From: an uncultured bacterium
GTDB lineage: Bacteria > Krumholzibacteriota > Krumholzibacteriia > LZORAL124-64-63
NCBI GenBank assembly: GCA_963732385.1
Contig: CAVSZB010000002.1
Location: forward strand, 1 to 64,000
Direction of reading: 5' to 3'
DNA: 64,000 bases
In this document: positions 30,248 to 38,683 of the stretch, piece by piece
Layout of the letters: the number at the start of each line of letters is the position of its first letter
How positions within the stretch are numbered: position 1 is the stretch's first letter
Program-made: the position numbers and the translations under genes
The notes under the pieces: generated by a model
What the model saw: the letters and a program-made list of their open reading frames with translations, nothing else
Told to the model about the DNA's origin: nothing
Database searches by the model: none

Positions 30248-31111
30248 TCAGGGCCGCCGCGCGTCTATCTTCCTCTTGAAATACGTCCAGCTGGTCTCGT
30301 TGGGACGCTGGTCATCGAGCGGCGGCGGATTGCGGTACTCGGGATAGTTGCGATCGATCTCGGCTTTCATGGTCGCCGACAGGTCCTCCCACTTGTCGAG
30401 CTTGCGGCCAGCCGTGTGGAAATACAGCATGCCGGCGCGATCACCCATCTCCATCCACGGCAACCATGAGGACAGGCGCTGCCAGCTCACGGCCGCCTGC
30501 GCCGTATCGCGCTTGCGGTTGTTGAGATCGTCGATGTCGCCGAAGAAGTTGAACAGTTCGGTCGCGTGGTACATCCCGCCGACATATTGCTGATAGTCGC
30601 CGCCCAGCGGATTGGTATAGAAGAGCGGCACCGGGGTGCTCAGCCACCACTGCTTGCCGATCACCTCGAAGGGCAGGTTGGTCGGCTTGCCGTCGCGCCC
30701 GACCACGGAATAGTTGCCGTTGACCGGATCATTGGCCACCTGAATGACTTCAAGCGTCTTGCCGGTCCACGGATTGGACCAGGTCTTGAGAACCTCGCCA
30801 GTCGCGGGATCCTCGTAGAGCAGGATTTCGCGGGTCACCAGCCGGAAATCCACCTTGCTCTTTGCAGTGGCCAGCGGTCCGCAATGCCGGATGTTCATGC
30901 CTTCAACCTTGAACAGCAGACGATCGGGCTCGCCCGGCACGCGGCTGTAGGCCACTCCCTTCCAGTAGTAGGTCACGGGTTTGCCATCGACCTCCGAACA
31001 CTGGATGCGGCGCAGGGCGGCGATCTGTCCTTCCGGGGTCTTGAGATCCAGCGGTGCCGCACCCGCTGCACAGCCGAACAGAACGGCAAGCGCAATGAAA
31101 AACCGTGACAT
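30248..31111 (-). CDS. DUF1838 family exported protein
   Basis: Signal peptide; YWKGVAYSRVPGE..LFKVEGMNIR, LYEDPATGEVL..W.NPWTG, NDPVN, WLPWMEMGDRAG. Confidence 0.75.
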   Translation of the reverse strand: MSRFFIALAVLFGCAAGAAPLDLKTPEGQIAALRRIQCSEVDGKPVTYYWKGVAYSRVPGEPDRLLFKVEGMNIRHCGPLATAKSKVDFRLVTREILLYEDPATGEVLKTWSNPWTGKTLEVIQVANDPVNGNYSVVGRDGKPTNLPFEVIGKQWWLSTPVPLFYTNPLGGDYQQYVGGMYHATELFNFFGDIDDLNNRKRDTAQAAVSWQRLSSWLPWMEMGDRAGMLYFHTAGRKLDKWEDLSATMKAEIDRNYPEYRNPPPLDDQRPNETSWTYFKRKIDARRP

Positions 31112-31277
31112 GGCCTTCTCCTGTGACTGGATCGGGAACTCTAGCGCCGGGCATGACAAACGCCAACTCCATCGCTGGCTTTGTACATGTAGCGAACAGC
31201 GCACAACACCGTGCTATGCTTTAAATTCGATCGCTTGCACTGCCCGGACATTTTTCTCTTCACGAAGGGAGCCTGTC

Positions 31278-33686
31278 ATGCCTGCAGCAACGCATCCCGC
31301 CGCGCATCTCTCCGCCACCCTCCTGCTTTGCCTGCCGCTGGCCCTGCCCGGCCTGGCCCTTGCGGCTGAACCAGCCATCGAAGAAATCATCGTGACGGCG
31401 CAGAAACGGGCGCAGAGCATCGAGGATGTGCCGATCGCGATTTCGGCCTTCACGGCCGAGACGCTGCAGATTGCCGGTGTCGAGGACATCCGCGACCTCA
31501 CCATCCTGTCGCCCAGTCTCATTCTCACCAGCACGCAATCCGAGACGGCAGGCACCACCGCACGTATCCGCGGCGTCGGCACCACGGGCGACAACCTCGG
31601 ACTTGAATCATCCGTCGCGGTATTCGTCGATGGCGTGTACCGGAACCGGAACAACGTGGCGCTGACCGACCTCGGCCAAGTCGAGCGCATCGAGGTGCTG
31701 CGCGGTCCCCAGGGCACGCTGTTCGGCAAGAATGCCGTAGCCGGCCTGCTCAGCATCACCACCCAGGGCCCGGATACCGAAGAGTTGCGCGCCTATACCG
31801 ACCTGAGCGCCGGTGATTACGACTACTGGCGCATGAGCGCGGGCATCACCGGTCCGGTGGCCGGCGACAAGCTGGCTCTGCGTCTGGATGGCAGCATCAC
31901 GCAACGCGATGGATTCATCGATGAAGTGTCGACCGGCACGGAGTACAACGATCGCGACGGGTACCTGCTGCGTGGCCAGTTGTCGAGTCAGCTCACCGAC
32001 AACCTCGACCTGCGCGTCATCGCCGACATTTCCAACCGTGACGAATCCTGTTGCGCGGCTGTCGCCTACAAGACCGGCCCGACCAGTGCATTGATCGGTC
32101 TGCTCGGTGGCACCGTGATCAACCCCGCCCGCCCCTATGACCGGAAGATGTATGCCAACACCGACCGCGGCTACGATCAGGAAACCGATGAATGGGGCGT
32201 GTCTGCCGAGCTGAACTGGGACATGGGCGACAGCATGACCCTCACCTCGATCACCGCATACCGCGACTGGGACGCCGATCGCTCCCAGGATATCGACTTC
32301 ACGGATGCCGACATCCTGTACAGGGATCCGGGCACCTACGGCAACCAGTTCGAAACCCTGACCCAGGAGCTGCGGCTGGCGGGAACCTCCGGACCACTGG
32401 ACTGGCTGGTCGGCCTGTATTACATGGATGAGCAGCTGGATGTGAACGATGCCGTGCGCACGGGCCCGGCGTATGAGGCCTTTGCCAACGGCCTGCTGCA
32501 GGCGGGCGGCGCGCCGGCAAATTCCCTGAGCCTGTTTACGGGACTTGCGCCCGGTACGGTATTTACCGACGGTGATGGTGCGGTCAGCGATGCCTTCCGC
32601 CAGGATACTGACGGCTGGGCGATCTTCACCCACAACATCTGGAACCTCGATGAAACATCGAGGATCACGCTCGGTCTGCGCTACACCTCCGAAGACAAGG
32701 ACGTGAACGCCGCCATCGCCTCGGACAACGTGGCCTGCCCCCTGATTCTGGCCAACAACAATCCGCTGCTTGCACCGATAAAGCCGTCAGCCCTGTCGCT
32801 CGGCTGTCTGCCACTCATCTCGCCGCTGGTCGATGGCAGCTACAGCGGCTCGCGTGAGGATGACGAGGTCACCGGCACACTTGGCTATGCCCATGACTTT
32901 TCATTCGGCTGGCTCGGCTACGCCTCATACGGCCGCGGTTTCAAGGCCGGTGGTTTCAATCTCGACCGGGGTGGTCTGACTGCCGGTGCACCTGCCACCA
33001 GCCAGCTGGAGTTCGACCCGGAAACCGTGGATGCCTGGGAGATCGGCACCAAGGGCATGCTGCTCGACGCGGTCCAGCTGAACATCGCGCTGTTCTGGAG
33101 CGAGTTCGATGACTTCCAGCTGAACTCCTTCAACGGCCTCAACTTCGTCGTTGACAACATCGGCGGCGTCACCAGCAAGGGTGTGGAGATAGAAGCGCAG
33201 GCACGCCCCCTGGAGCAACTGACGCTGGCCGGTGGCGTGGTCTATGCCGACACCCGCTATGACGATGACGTTCTCTACGATGGTACGGCCGGCAACCCCG
33301 ACCTGCGCGACAAGCGGCTCACCAACGCACCGCTGTGGAGCACCACCGGTTCGGCCACCTGGGAACAGGCGGTCGGCAACGATCTCATGGGCTTCCTGCA
33401 CCTGGATTTCCGCTTCAACAGCGACATGAACACCGGCTCGAATCTCGACCCGAACAAGGAACAGCGCTCCTACATGGTCTGGAACGGCCGGATCGGCTTC
33501 GGCCCGGATGACAAGCGCTGGCAACTGGAGCTGTGGGGACGGAACCTGTTCGACCGTGAATACCTGCAGGTCGCCATCGACGGCCCCCTGCAAGGCAGTG
33601 GCTCGGGCGCCACCTCGACCCGAACCTACCTCGGATTCCTCGGCGATCCGCGCACCTGGGGCGCGACTTTCCGCTACAACTTCTGA
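31278..33686 (+). CDS. TonB-dependent receptor
   Basis: EEIIVTAQKR TonB box/plug, VERIEVLRGPQGTLFGKN, GFKAGGFN, C-terminal PRTWGATFRYNF. Confidence 0.95.
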   Translation: MPAATHPAAHLSATLLLCLPLALPGLALAAEPAIEEIIVTAQKRAQSIEDVPIAISAFTAETLQIAGVEDIRDLTILSPSLILTSTQSETAGTTARIRGVGTTGDNLGLESSVAVFVDGVYRNRNNVALTDLGQVERIEVLRGPQGTLFGKNAVAGLLSITTQGPDTEELRAYTDLSAGDYDYWRMSAGITGPVAGDKLALRLDGSITQRDGFIDEVSTGTEYNDRDGYLLRGQLSSQLTDNLDLRVIADISNRDESCCAAVAYKTGPTSALIGLLGGTVINPARPYDRKMYANTDRGYDQETDEWGVSAELNWDMGDSMTLTSITAYRDWDADRSQDIDFTDADILYRDPGTYGNQFETLTQELRLAGTSGPLDWLVGLYYMDEQLDVNDAVRTGPAYEAFANGLLQAGGAPANSLSLFTGLAPGTVFTDGDGAVSDAFRQDTDGWAIFTHNIWNLDETSRITLGLRYTSEDKDVNAAIASDNVACPLILANNNPLLAPIKPSALSLGCLPLISPLVDGSYSGSREDDEVTGTLGYAHDFSFGWLGYASYGRGFKAGGFNLDRGGLTAGAPATSQLEFDPETVDAWEIGTKGMLLDAVQLNIALFWSEFDDFQLNSFNGLNFVVDNIGGVTSKGVEIEAQARPLEQLTLAGGVVYADTRYDDDVLYDGTAGNPDLRDKRLTNAPLWSTTGSATWEQAVGNDLMGFLHLDFRFNSDMNTGSNLDPNKEQRSYMVWNGRIGFGPDDKRWQLELWGRNLFDREYLQVAIDGPLQGSGSGATSTRTYLGFLGDPRTWGATFRYNF

Positions 33687-33695
33687 AGCCGGGTC

Positions 33696-34040
33696 TCAGG
33701 ACAGCAGGCGGTCGACTTTTGCGGCACAGATGAAGTCGTTCTCGGTGAGTCCATCCACCGCATGCGTCGACCACTGCACGGTGCATTTGCCCCACACCAC
33801 CTCGAGGTCGGGGTGGTGATCCTCTGACTCGGCGATCCAGGCCACGGCGTTGACGAAACCCAGCGTGCGCGCATAGCCGTCAAAGGCAAATGCGCGCACC
33901 AGCCGCTTGCCATCAGCCGACAACGTCCAGTCCGGGTGCAGGGCGCGGCGCAACTCGGCCACGGCTGCCGGCCCCAGCGCGGGCACCCCACCTTCGCAGG
34001 GCTTGCAGCGCTTTTTCTCCAGTTTCTCGGCATCGCTCAC
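33696..34040 (-). CDS. phhB: Pterin-4a-carbinolamine dehydratase
   Basis: CKPCEGG, AESEDHHPDL, WSTHAVDGLTENDFICAAKVD. Confidence 0.93.
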   Translation of the reverse strand: MSDAEKLEKKRCKPCEGGVPALGPAAVAELRRALHPDWTLSADGKRLVRAFAFDGYARTLGFVNAVAWIAESEDHHPDLEVVWGKCTVQWSTHAVDGLTENDFICAAKVDRLLS

Positions 34041-34061
34041 GACATCTCTCCCATCAGCTGT

Positions 34062-35045
34062 TCACAGGGTCGTCAGGGCCACGAAGCTCCCGTCATTGCG
34101 CTCGCACAGCGCGCGCATGAGGTTGGCAAAGCGCGTGCCGTTGCGGTCCTGGCCCCCGGCAAACTGGGTGGGGAACCCGACCGCGTGGATGCGCACCAGG
34201 CGCTGGCCATCCTTGCCGGCCGTGTTGATGCGGTCCACGTAGCGCGCCACCGCCTCCACCTGGCCCTGCGGGAAATCGTCGCCGTAGATATAGATGCTGA
34301 TCTTGCGCCCGGGTTCATAAAACGAGTTGATGGCCTCGACTATCCCCTCGACCGGACTCGAATCGCTGTAGGGATTCCAGTTGGCGAGACGGCTGATGAT
34401 GTTCTTGCGCACCCCGGGTGTATCCGGCATCCACTTCCCGGCGTAGCTGGGGAACATGTACTTGCCCTCGTCGTTCATCACCTGGATGCCGCGCAGCTTC
34501 GGATAGACGGCCAGCGTTTCGCTGATCTTGCGCAGCACCAGTTGCCAGGGCCCCTGGTACATGCTGCCGGAGGTATCGATCACGAAGATGATGTATTCGC
34601 TGTCGACCGGAATGCCGCCAACCGTGGTGTCCTTGGCCGGTGGCCGGTAATCCACCAGCATCCGGCGCATCTCCTCGGTGAGGCGCTGCCTGGCAGCCTT
34701 CAGCTCACCCTCCTCGGCCGTATCCGGCACCGGCGCCTTGGTCGGTTTGTACTGGCCGCGAATCCGCGTCAGTTCGGCCTGCAGTTCGGCAATCGTCTGC
34801 TGCTTGTCACCGCGCGGCCCGGCGAGCTGGCTGGCCAGGCTGAGCGTACGCGCCTGAATGTCGGCGAGCTGCTGCTGGAGACTCGCGATCAGCGCCTCCG
34901 CTTCCTTGCGCGTGGTCTGGATGGACTCCGGCTCAAACAGCATGGTGATGACGAGCAGCAGGATCACGGCACCAAAGCCGCAGGAGATCGCGTCGAGAAA
35001 CGACAGGTTCAGGTTGTCCACTGCCTCGCGCCGCCGCCGTCTCAT
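34062..35045 (-). CDS. ExbD/MotB-like TM anchor + coiled coil + vWA domain protein (copy 2)
   Basis: MRRRRR..LSFLDAISCGFGAVILLL TM with Asp; MIDAS IFVIDTSGSM; IHAVGFP. Confidence 0.8.
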   Translation of the reverse strand: MRRRRREAVDNLNLSFLDAISCGFGAVILLLVITMLFEPESIQTTRKEAEALIASLQQQLADIQARTLSLASQLAGPRGDKQQTIAELQAELTRIRGQYKPTKAPVPDTAEEGELKAARQRLTEEMRRMLVDYRPPAKDTTVGGIPVDSEYIIFVIDTSGSMYQGPWQLVLRKISETLAVYPKLRGIQVMNDEGKYMFPSYAGKWMPDTPGVRKNIISRLANWNPYSDSSPVEGIVEAINSFYEPGRKISIYIYGDDFPQGQVEAVARYVDRINTAGKDGQRLVRIHAVGFPTQFAGGQDRNGTRFANLMRALCERNDGSFVALTTL

Positions 35046-35055
35046 GGCCGGTTCC

Positions 35056-36129
35056 TCACGGCCAGTCCCGCGACGGTGTCAGAAAGGAGCCCCGGGTCGC
35101 GATGGCCAGCCGCCAGAAAAACCCGGCCGCGTCCGGATCGCCATCCATCGGATACAGCAGCACATTCACCGGCACGCGATCCGGCAGCTCGCGCACCGCC
35201 TGATTGAAGAAGCTGGCACGCTGGGCCGGCTTCACCTGTGTGACACTGCCAGGCGCCTGTTTACCCTGGGTGGGCAGTCCGTCGGTCAGCAAATAGATAT
35301 TGTCGGGTGCCGGCCTGAGCTCACGCAGCGCTGCGAAGGCATTGGCGAGGCTGGTGCCCTTGTCCGGCACCACCTTGCGCAGTTCCTTCACGGCCTGCTC
35401 CAGCGCACCCGCTTCCAGCCAGTCACCATCGCTGCCGGGAATCACACTCTGCGCCTGCTCGTTGAACACATAGACCTGGAAGCGCGCACCGGGCTCGATC
35501 TGCGTCGTCAGCCAGTCGACCGCGGCCACCACCTGCCGCCACTTCGGTGCCTTGCGCTTGCGGGCATCCGGCATGGCCCGGTAGCGGACCACGTTCACAT
35601 AGGTCCGTGCCAGCATGCTCGACGAGGCATCGACCAGGATCACCACCCGCTTGCCGCCCATCTGCATGCCGGTCAGATACTGGCGGTTGCCATCACCGGT
35701 GAAACTGCGCACGCGGGCACCCGAACCGGACTTCTGCTGACTGGCACTGAGGCGGCTCAGGCCCTCCTCCAGGCGCTGGACGTCGGCACGCAACTGCTCG
35801 GGGCTTTCTTTCTCCGCAACGCTGTCAGCGGGCTGCGCCGCCACTTTCGCGCGCATGTCGGCAATCTGCTGTCGCAGCTTCTCGATCTGTGCAGCAGCCT
35901 GTTCGGGGGAGGGAACCGGACTGGCCTGCAGGCGCGCCAGATTGCTGCGCGCATCCCGGACTTCCTGCTCCAGGCTGCCAGCTTCGGCGAGCAGCTCCGC
36001 ACTGGCCCGCTCGGCCTTCAGCCGCACCTGGGCACTGATGATCATCAGGAACAGGATCGTGGCACCCAGGCCGCAGGCCATCACGTCCAGGAAGGAGAGA
36101 CTGAAGACGTTGAAGGATCTACGCGCCAT
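35056..36129 (-). CDS. ExbD/MotB-like TM anchor + coiled coil + vWA domain protein (copy 1)
   Basis: LSFLDVMACGLGATILFLMI TM with Asp; MIDAS ILVDASSSM, GTSL, YLLTDGLP. Confidence 0.82.
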   Translation of the reverse strand: MARRSFNVFSLSFLDVMACGLGATILFLMIISAQVRLKAERASAELLAEAGSLEQEVRDARSNLARLQASPVPSPEQAAAQIEKLRQQIADMRAKVAAQPADSVAEKESPEQLRADVQRLEEGLSRLSASQQKSGSGARVRSFTGDGNRQYLTGMQMGGKRVVILVDASSSMLARTYVNVVRYRAMPDARKRKAPKWRQVVAAVDWLTTQIEPGARFQVYVFNEQAQSVIPGSDGDWLEAGALEQAVKELRKVVPDKGTSLANAFAALRELRPAPDNIYLLTDGLPTQGKQAPGSVTQVKPAQRASFFNQAVRELPDRVPVNVLLYPMDGDPDAAGFFWRLAIATRGSFLTPSRDWP

Positions 36130-37516
36130 GGCCGGCAACTTCGGCGATCAGCCGCAGCTCGACCGGCGGCGTGCCCAGGCTGATCACATCGCCGGCCTTG
36201 AGCACCGCTGCCGTGTCCACGCGGTGCCCGTTCAGCAGCGTGCCGAAACGGCTGTGATCGAGGAGCATCTGCACACCGTTCTCGGTACGCACCGTGCAGT
36301 GATGCCGCGAAACGCCGCGCAACCCCGCCTCCAGCAGCACGCCGTGTTCCCCGGCTGTCACGCCGGTACCGATCGTCAAGGGTTCTGCGCCGAGACGCCA
36401 GGCGCGATGTCCGGCCAGCAGATGGGTTGCGGCACACTCGCTGCGTTCCGCCGGCGCCACTCCGGACGCGGCTCTTTCGACCGGCGGTCGATCCCAGGGC
36501 AGTTCGGTGCGCACCACGGGTACATCCACCCGCTCGGGCGTGAGCCGGGCAAGCGCACCGAATGCAGCGGCACCGGGTTCCAGCACATGGATTTCGCATT
36601 CCGGCAGCCGCATCAGGCTGTCGAGCACGCCGGGGAAATCGGTCAGCCGCTGCGGTACCTGCAGCACATGCGGACCCCGCATCACGATGCGCGAACGCAG
36701 CCGCTGCAGCAGCGGCTCGCAGGCTGCGGCCATGCGCTCCCGGAAATCCGCCGCGTCGATGGTGGCCCGGAACCGGTCCGTGCCGGACTTGAGTTCGAGC
36801 CGTGCATCGACATCGCGCGCCACCCGCCCCAGCCAGTCCGGCAAGCGGTCAAACAGGGCCTGCTCCATCTCCGCGCTGTGCAGCGGATCGAAGCGGCTGT
36901 GCTCGATGAAACGCCGCGCGATGAGTTCTGTCGCCAGCCGCTGCAGCGACTCCACACCCAGCGACGGGAAGAATTCGCGCTCGCCCACACGGGCCTGCCC
37001 ATCCTGGCGGATATGCGTCAGCGTCAGGGTATGCAGCCCGGCATCGATATGCAGCAATTCACGACCCGGGTACTCGTTGCGCACGGCGGCCACCGAGGCA
37101 TCCACCAGCCCGAGTATCGCCAGTTCGTATTCGCGGCTGATGTCGATCAGCGCACTGATCTGTTCGGGCGTCCACCAGGGCGGCGTGGCACAGACGAGAC
37201 CGCGCTGGCTGCTGGTGCCGTGTGTCAGCCACAGCCGGCGCAAATGCGCAGCGACGATCTCGGCGTTGGAGACAAAGGCACGCAGCGGCCGCTGCAGGGG
37301 TGCGGCCGTCAGGTCACGCCAGTAGCGCACACTGGTGAGGCGCGGCCAGCGCTTGAGCACCGGCAGAGCATCGGCACCAAAGCGCGCCGGCCCGTCCGCA
37401 ACCACCACATAGGCCGGCTCCACATGCAGCAGGCCGGTTTCGCTGACGACGGCTACGGCGGCATCATTGAGGTCGATGGCCAGCGGTGTGGTCAGGATGG
37501 GCTGGGTGCTGATCAC
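36119..37516 (-). CDS. Degenerate Hsp70/actin-fold N-terminal domain fused to C-terminal FHA domain
   Basis: LAIDLND, CATPPWW, LVDASVAA, LHIDAGLH, LGVESL echo DnaK NBD motifs; FHA: VSRHHC, SRFGTLLNG, LKAGDVISLG. Confidence 0.7.
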   Translation of the reverse strand: MISTQPILTTPLAIDLNDAAVAVVSETGLLHVEPAYVVVADGPARFGADALPVLKRWPRLTSVRYWRDLTAAPLQRPLRAFVSNAEIVAAHLRRLWLTHGTSSQRGLVCATPPWWTPEQISALIDISREYELAILGLVDASVAAVRNEYPGRELLHIDAGLHTLTLTHIRQDGQARVGEREFFPSLGVESLQRLATELIARRFIEHSRFDPLHSAEMEQALFDRLPDWLGRVARDVDARLELKSGTDRFRATIDAADFRERMAAACEPLLQRLRSRIVMRGPHVLQVPQRLTDFPGVLDSLMRLPECEIHVLEPGAAAFGALARLTPERVDVPVVRTELPWDRPPVERAASGVAPAERSECAATHLLAGHRAWRLGAEPLTIGTGVTAGEHGVLLEAGLRGVSRHHCTVRTENGVQMLLDHSRFGTLLNGHRVDTAAVLKAGDVISLGTPPVELRLIAEVAGHGA

Positions 37517-37520
37517 GGCG

Positions 37521-38318
37521 TCAGTTGACCTGCAGATGCCGGATCAGGTGTTCATCGAGATAGCTTTCGGCCTCGAAGGACAGCCGCTCCTGCAGGAGTT
37601 GCAGCTGATGCACGAGAAACATCAGCAGGATGCTGATCAGCAGGGCAATCAGCGTGGAATTGAAGGCCACGCCCAGGCTCTCGGTGACACCACTGATATC
37701 GCCCGACACCGCCTTGTTGGCCACGCCGAGCGCATCGCCGATGCCGCGCACCGTGCCGATGAAGCCGATGGAGGGAATCGCCCAGAGGATATAGCGGATC
37801 ATGGACAGCTCGGCTTCCAGCCGCTCGCCGCCCGACATCACCACGGTGTGTGCGGACGACGACGCGTCCTGCACATTGTGCGTGGCGCCAAAGCGCTGCA
37901 GGGCATTGAGCAGCGCGCGCGGCAGCAGCAGAGCCTGGTCCGCTGCTGGCAGACCCTGGATCTGGCGGATGTAGTTGCGCGTGTCTTCGGGCAGGATCCG
38001 CATGCCCTCCGCGATCGGCACCAGCTCGCGATCAAGCATCTCCCGCTCGCGCGCCACATTGCGCGCCTTGTAGCCCATGATCGAGAGCGCCCACAGCCCC
38101 AGCACGAAGCAGGCCTCCTGCTCGTAGTCCTTGAGCACGATGTACCAGGAACGCTGCGGGGTGTAGCTCGCATCCTGCTTCACCATCTGCCGGTTCTGCT
38201 CGATCACCGCCTGCGCATTCGGCCAGACCAGCGTGACATACACCGCATGCACCAGCAGCACGGACAGCAGCAGCGAGAAGAGCTGATAGACAAACTCGGC
38301 GGAGAAGGTTCTTTGCAT
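37521..38318 (-). CDS. MotA/TolQ/ExbB proton channel family protein
   Basis: IPSIGFIGTVRGIG and LGVAFNSTLIAL TM motifs; two extra N-terminal TM helices. Confidence 0.9.
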   Translation of the reverse strand: MQRTFSAEFVYQLFSLLLSVLLVHAVYVTLVWPNAQAVIEQNRQMVKQDASYTPQRSWYIVLKDYEQEACFVLGLWALSIMGYKARNVAREREMLDRELVPIAEGMRILPEDTRNYIRQIQGLPAADQALLLPRALLNALQRFGATHNVQDASSSAHTVVMSGGERLEAELSMIRYILWAIPSIGFIGTVRGIGDALGVANKAVSGDISGVTESLGVAFNSTLIALLISILLMFLVHQLQLLQERLSFEAESYLDEHLIRHLQVN

Positions 38319-38343
38319 GGACTGATTCCCGGTCGGCAGAGGT

Positions 38344-38679
38344 TCAGATATCCGAAGGCAGCGAAACGCCGAGGTCGGCAGGCAGGGGCTTTTCAGCCAC
38401 CACCTCGCCCGGATCCGGACCGCCGCTGAGCACTTTCTCGACGTTCTTCAGCTCGGCCTCGATCTCGGCGGAGGACAGCTCTTCGACTGCTCCGGCAGCC
38501 GGCACCGCGGCCGGTTCGGCCGGGCGGCCCGCATCCAGCTGCAGCATCGACGGCGGATCGCGGCTGAAGGTGCTGCCGGCCGTCAAAGAATCGCGGCTGA
38601 AGCCGCTCCTACCGGCTGCCCAGGTCAGGCCCAGGCCCAGTCCGATCACCAGCAGGGTGCGCCAGATGTTCCCCAGCAT
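38344..38679 (-). CDS. Small exported hypothetical protein carrying in-frame REP sequence
   Basis: Hydrophobic N-terminus (WRTLLVIGLGLGLTWAA); fills the operon gap 4 bp after the upstream stop; C-terminal LPADLGVSLPSDI. Confidence 0.65.
   Translation of the reverse strand: MLGNIWRTLLVIGLGLGLTWAAGRSGFSRDSLTAGSTFSRDPPSMLQLDAGRPAEPAAVPAAGAVEELSSAEIEAELKNVEKVLSGGPDPGEVVAEKPLPADLGVSLPSDI
38557..38613 (-). repeat. Intragenic REP (one full and one degenerate tandem copy)
   Basis: Minus strand GTAGGAGCGGCTTCAGCCGCGATTC (38588-38612) is identical to the REPIN A arm; second copy CACCTTCAGCCGCGAT near 38557-38572. Confidence 0.8.
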
Positions 38680-38683
38680 CGCC

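Noticed and set aside
31112..31277. Cobalamin or TPP riboswitch ahead of the TonB receptor
   Set aside because: Conserved B12-box or TPP core sequences are not recognisable and the region is short
33696..34040. phhB as a functional part of the motor/kinase system
   Set aside because: Co-oriented and 21 bp downstream, but it is a housekeeping enzyme with no mechanistic link visible; would need synteny evidence
34062..38318. Zorya, Tol-Pal, TonB-ExbBD or flagellar stator assignment
   Set aside because: Partners carry vWA rather than OmpA-like or ExbD periplasmic domains; no ZorC/D/E, TolA/B/Pal, TonB or flagellar genes adjacent
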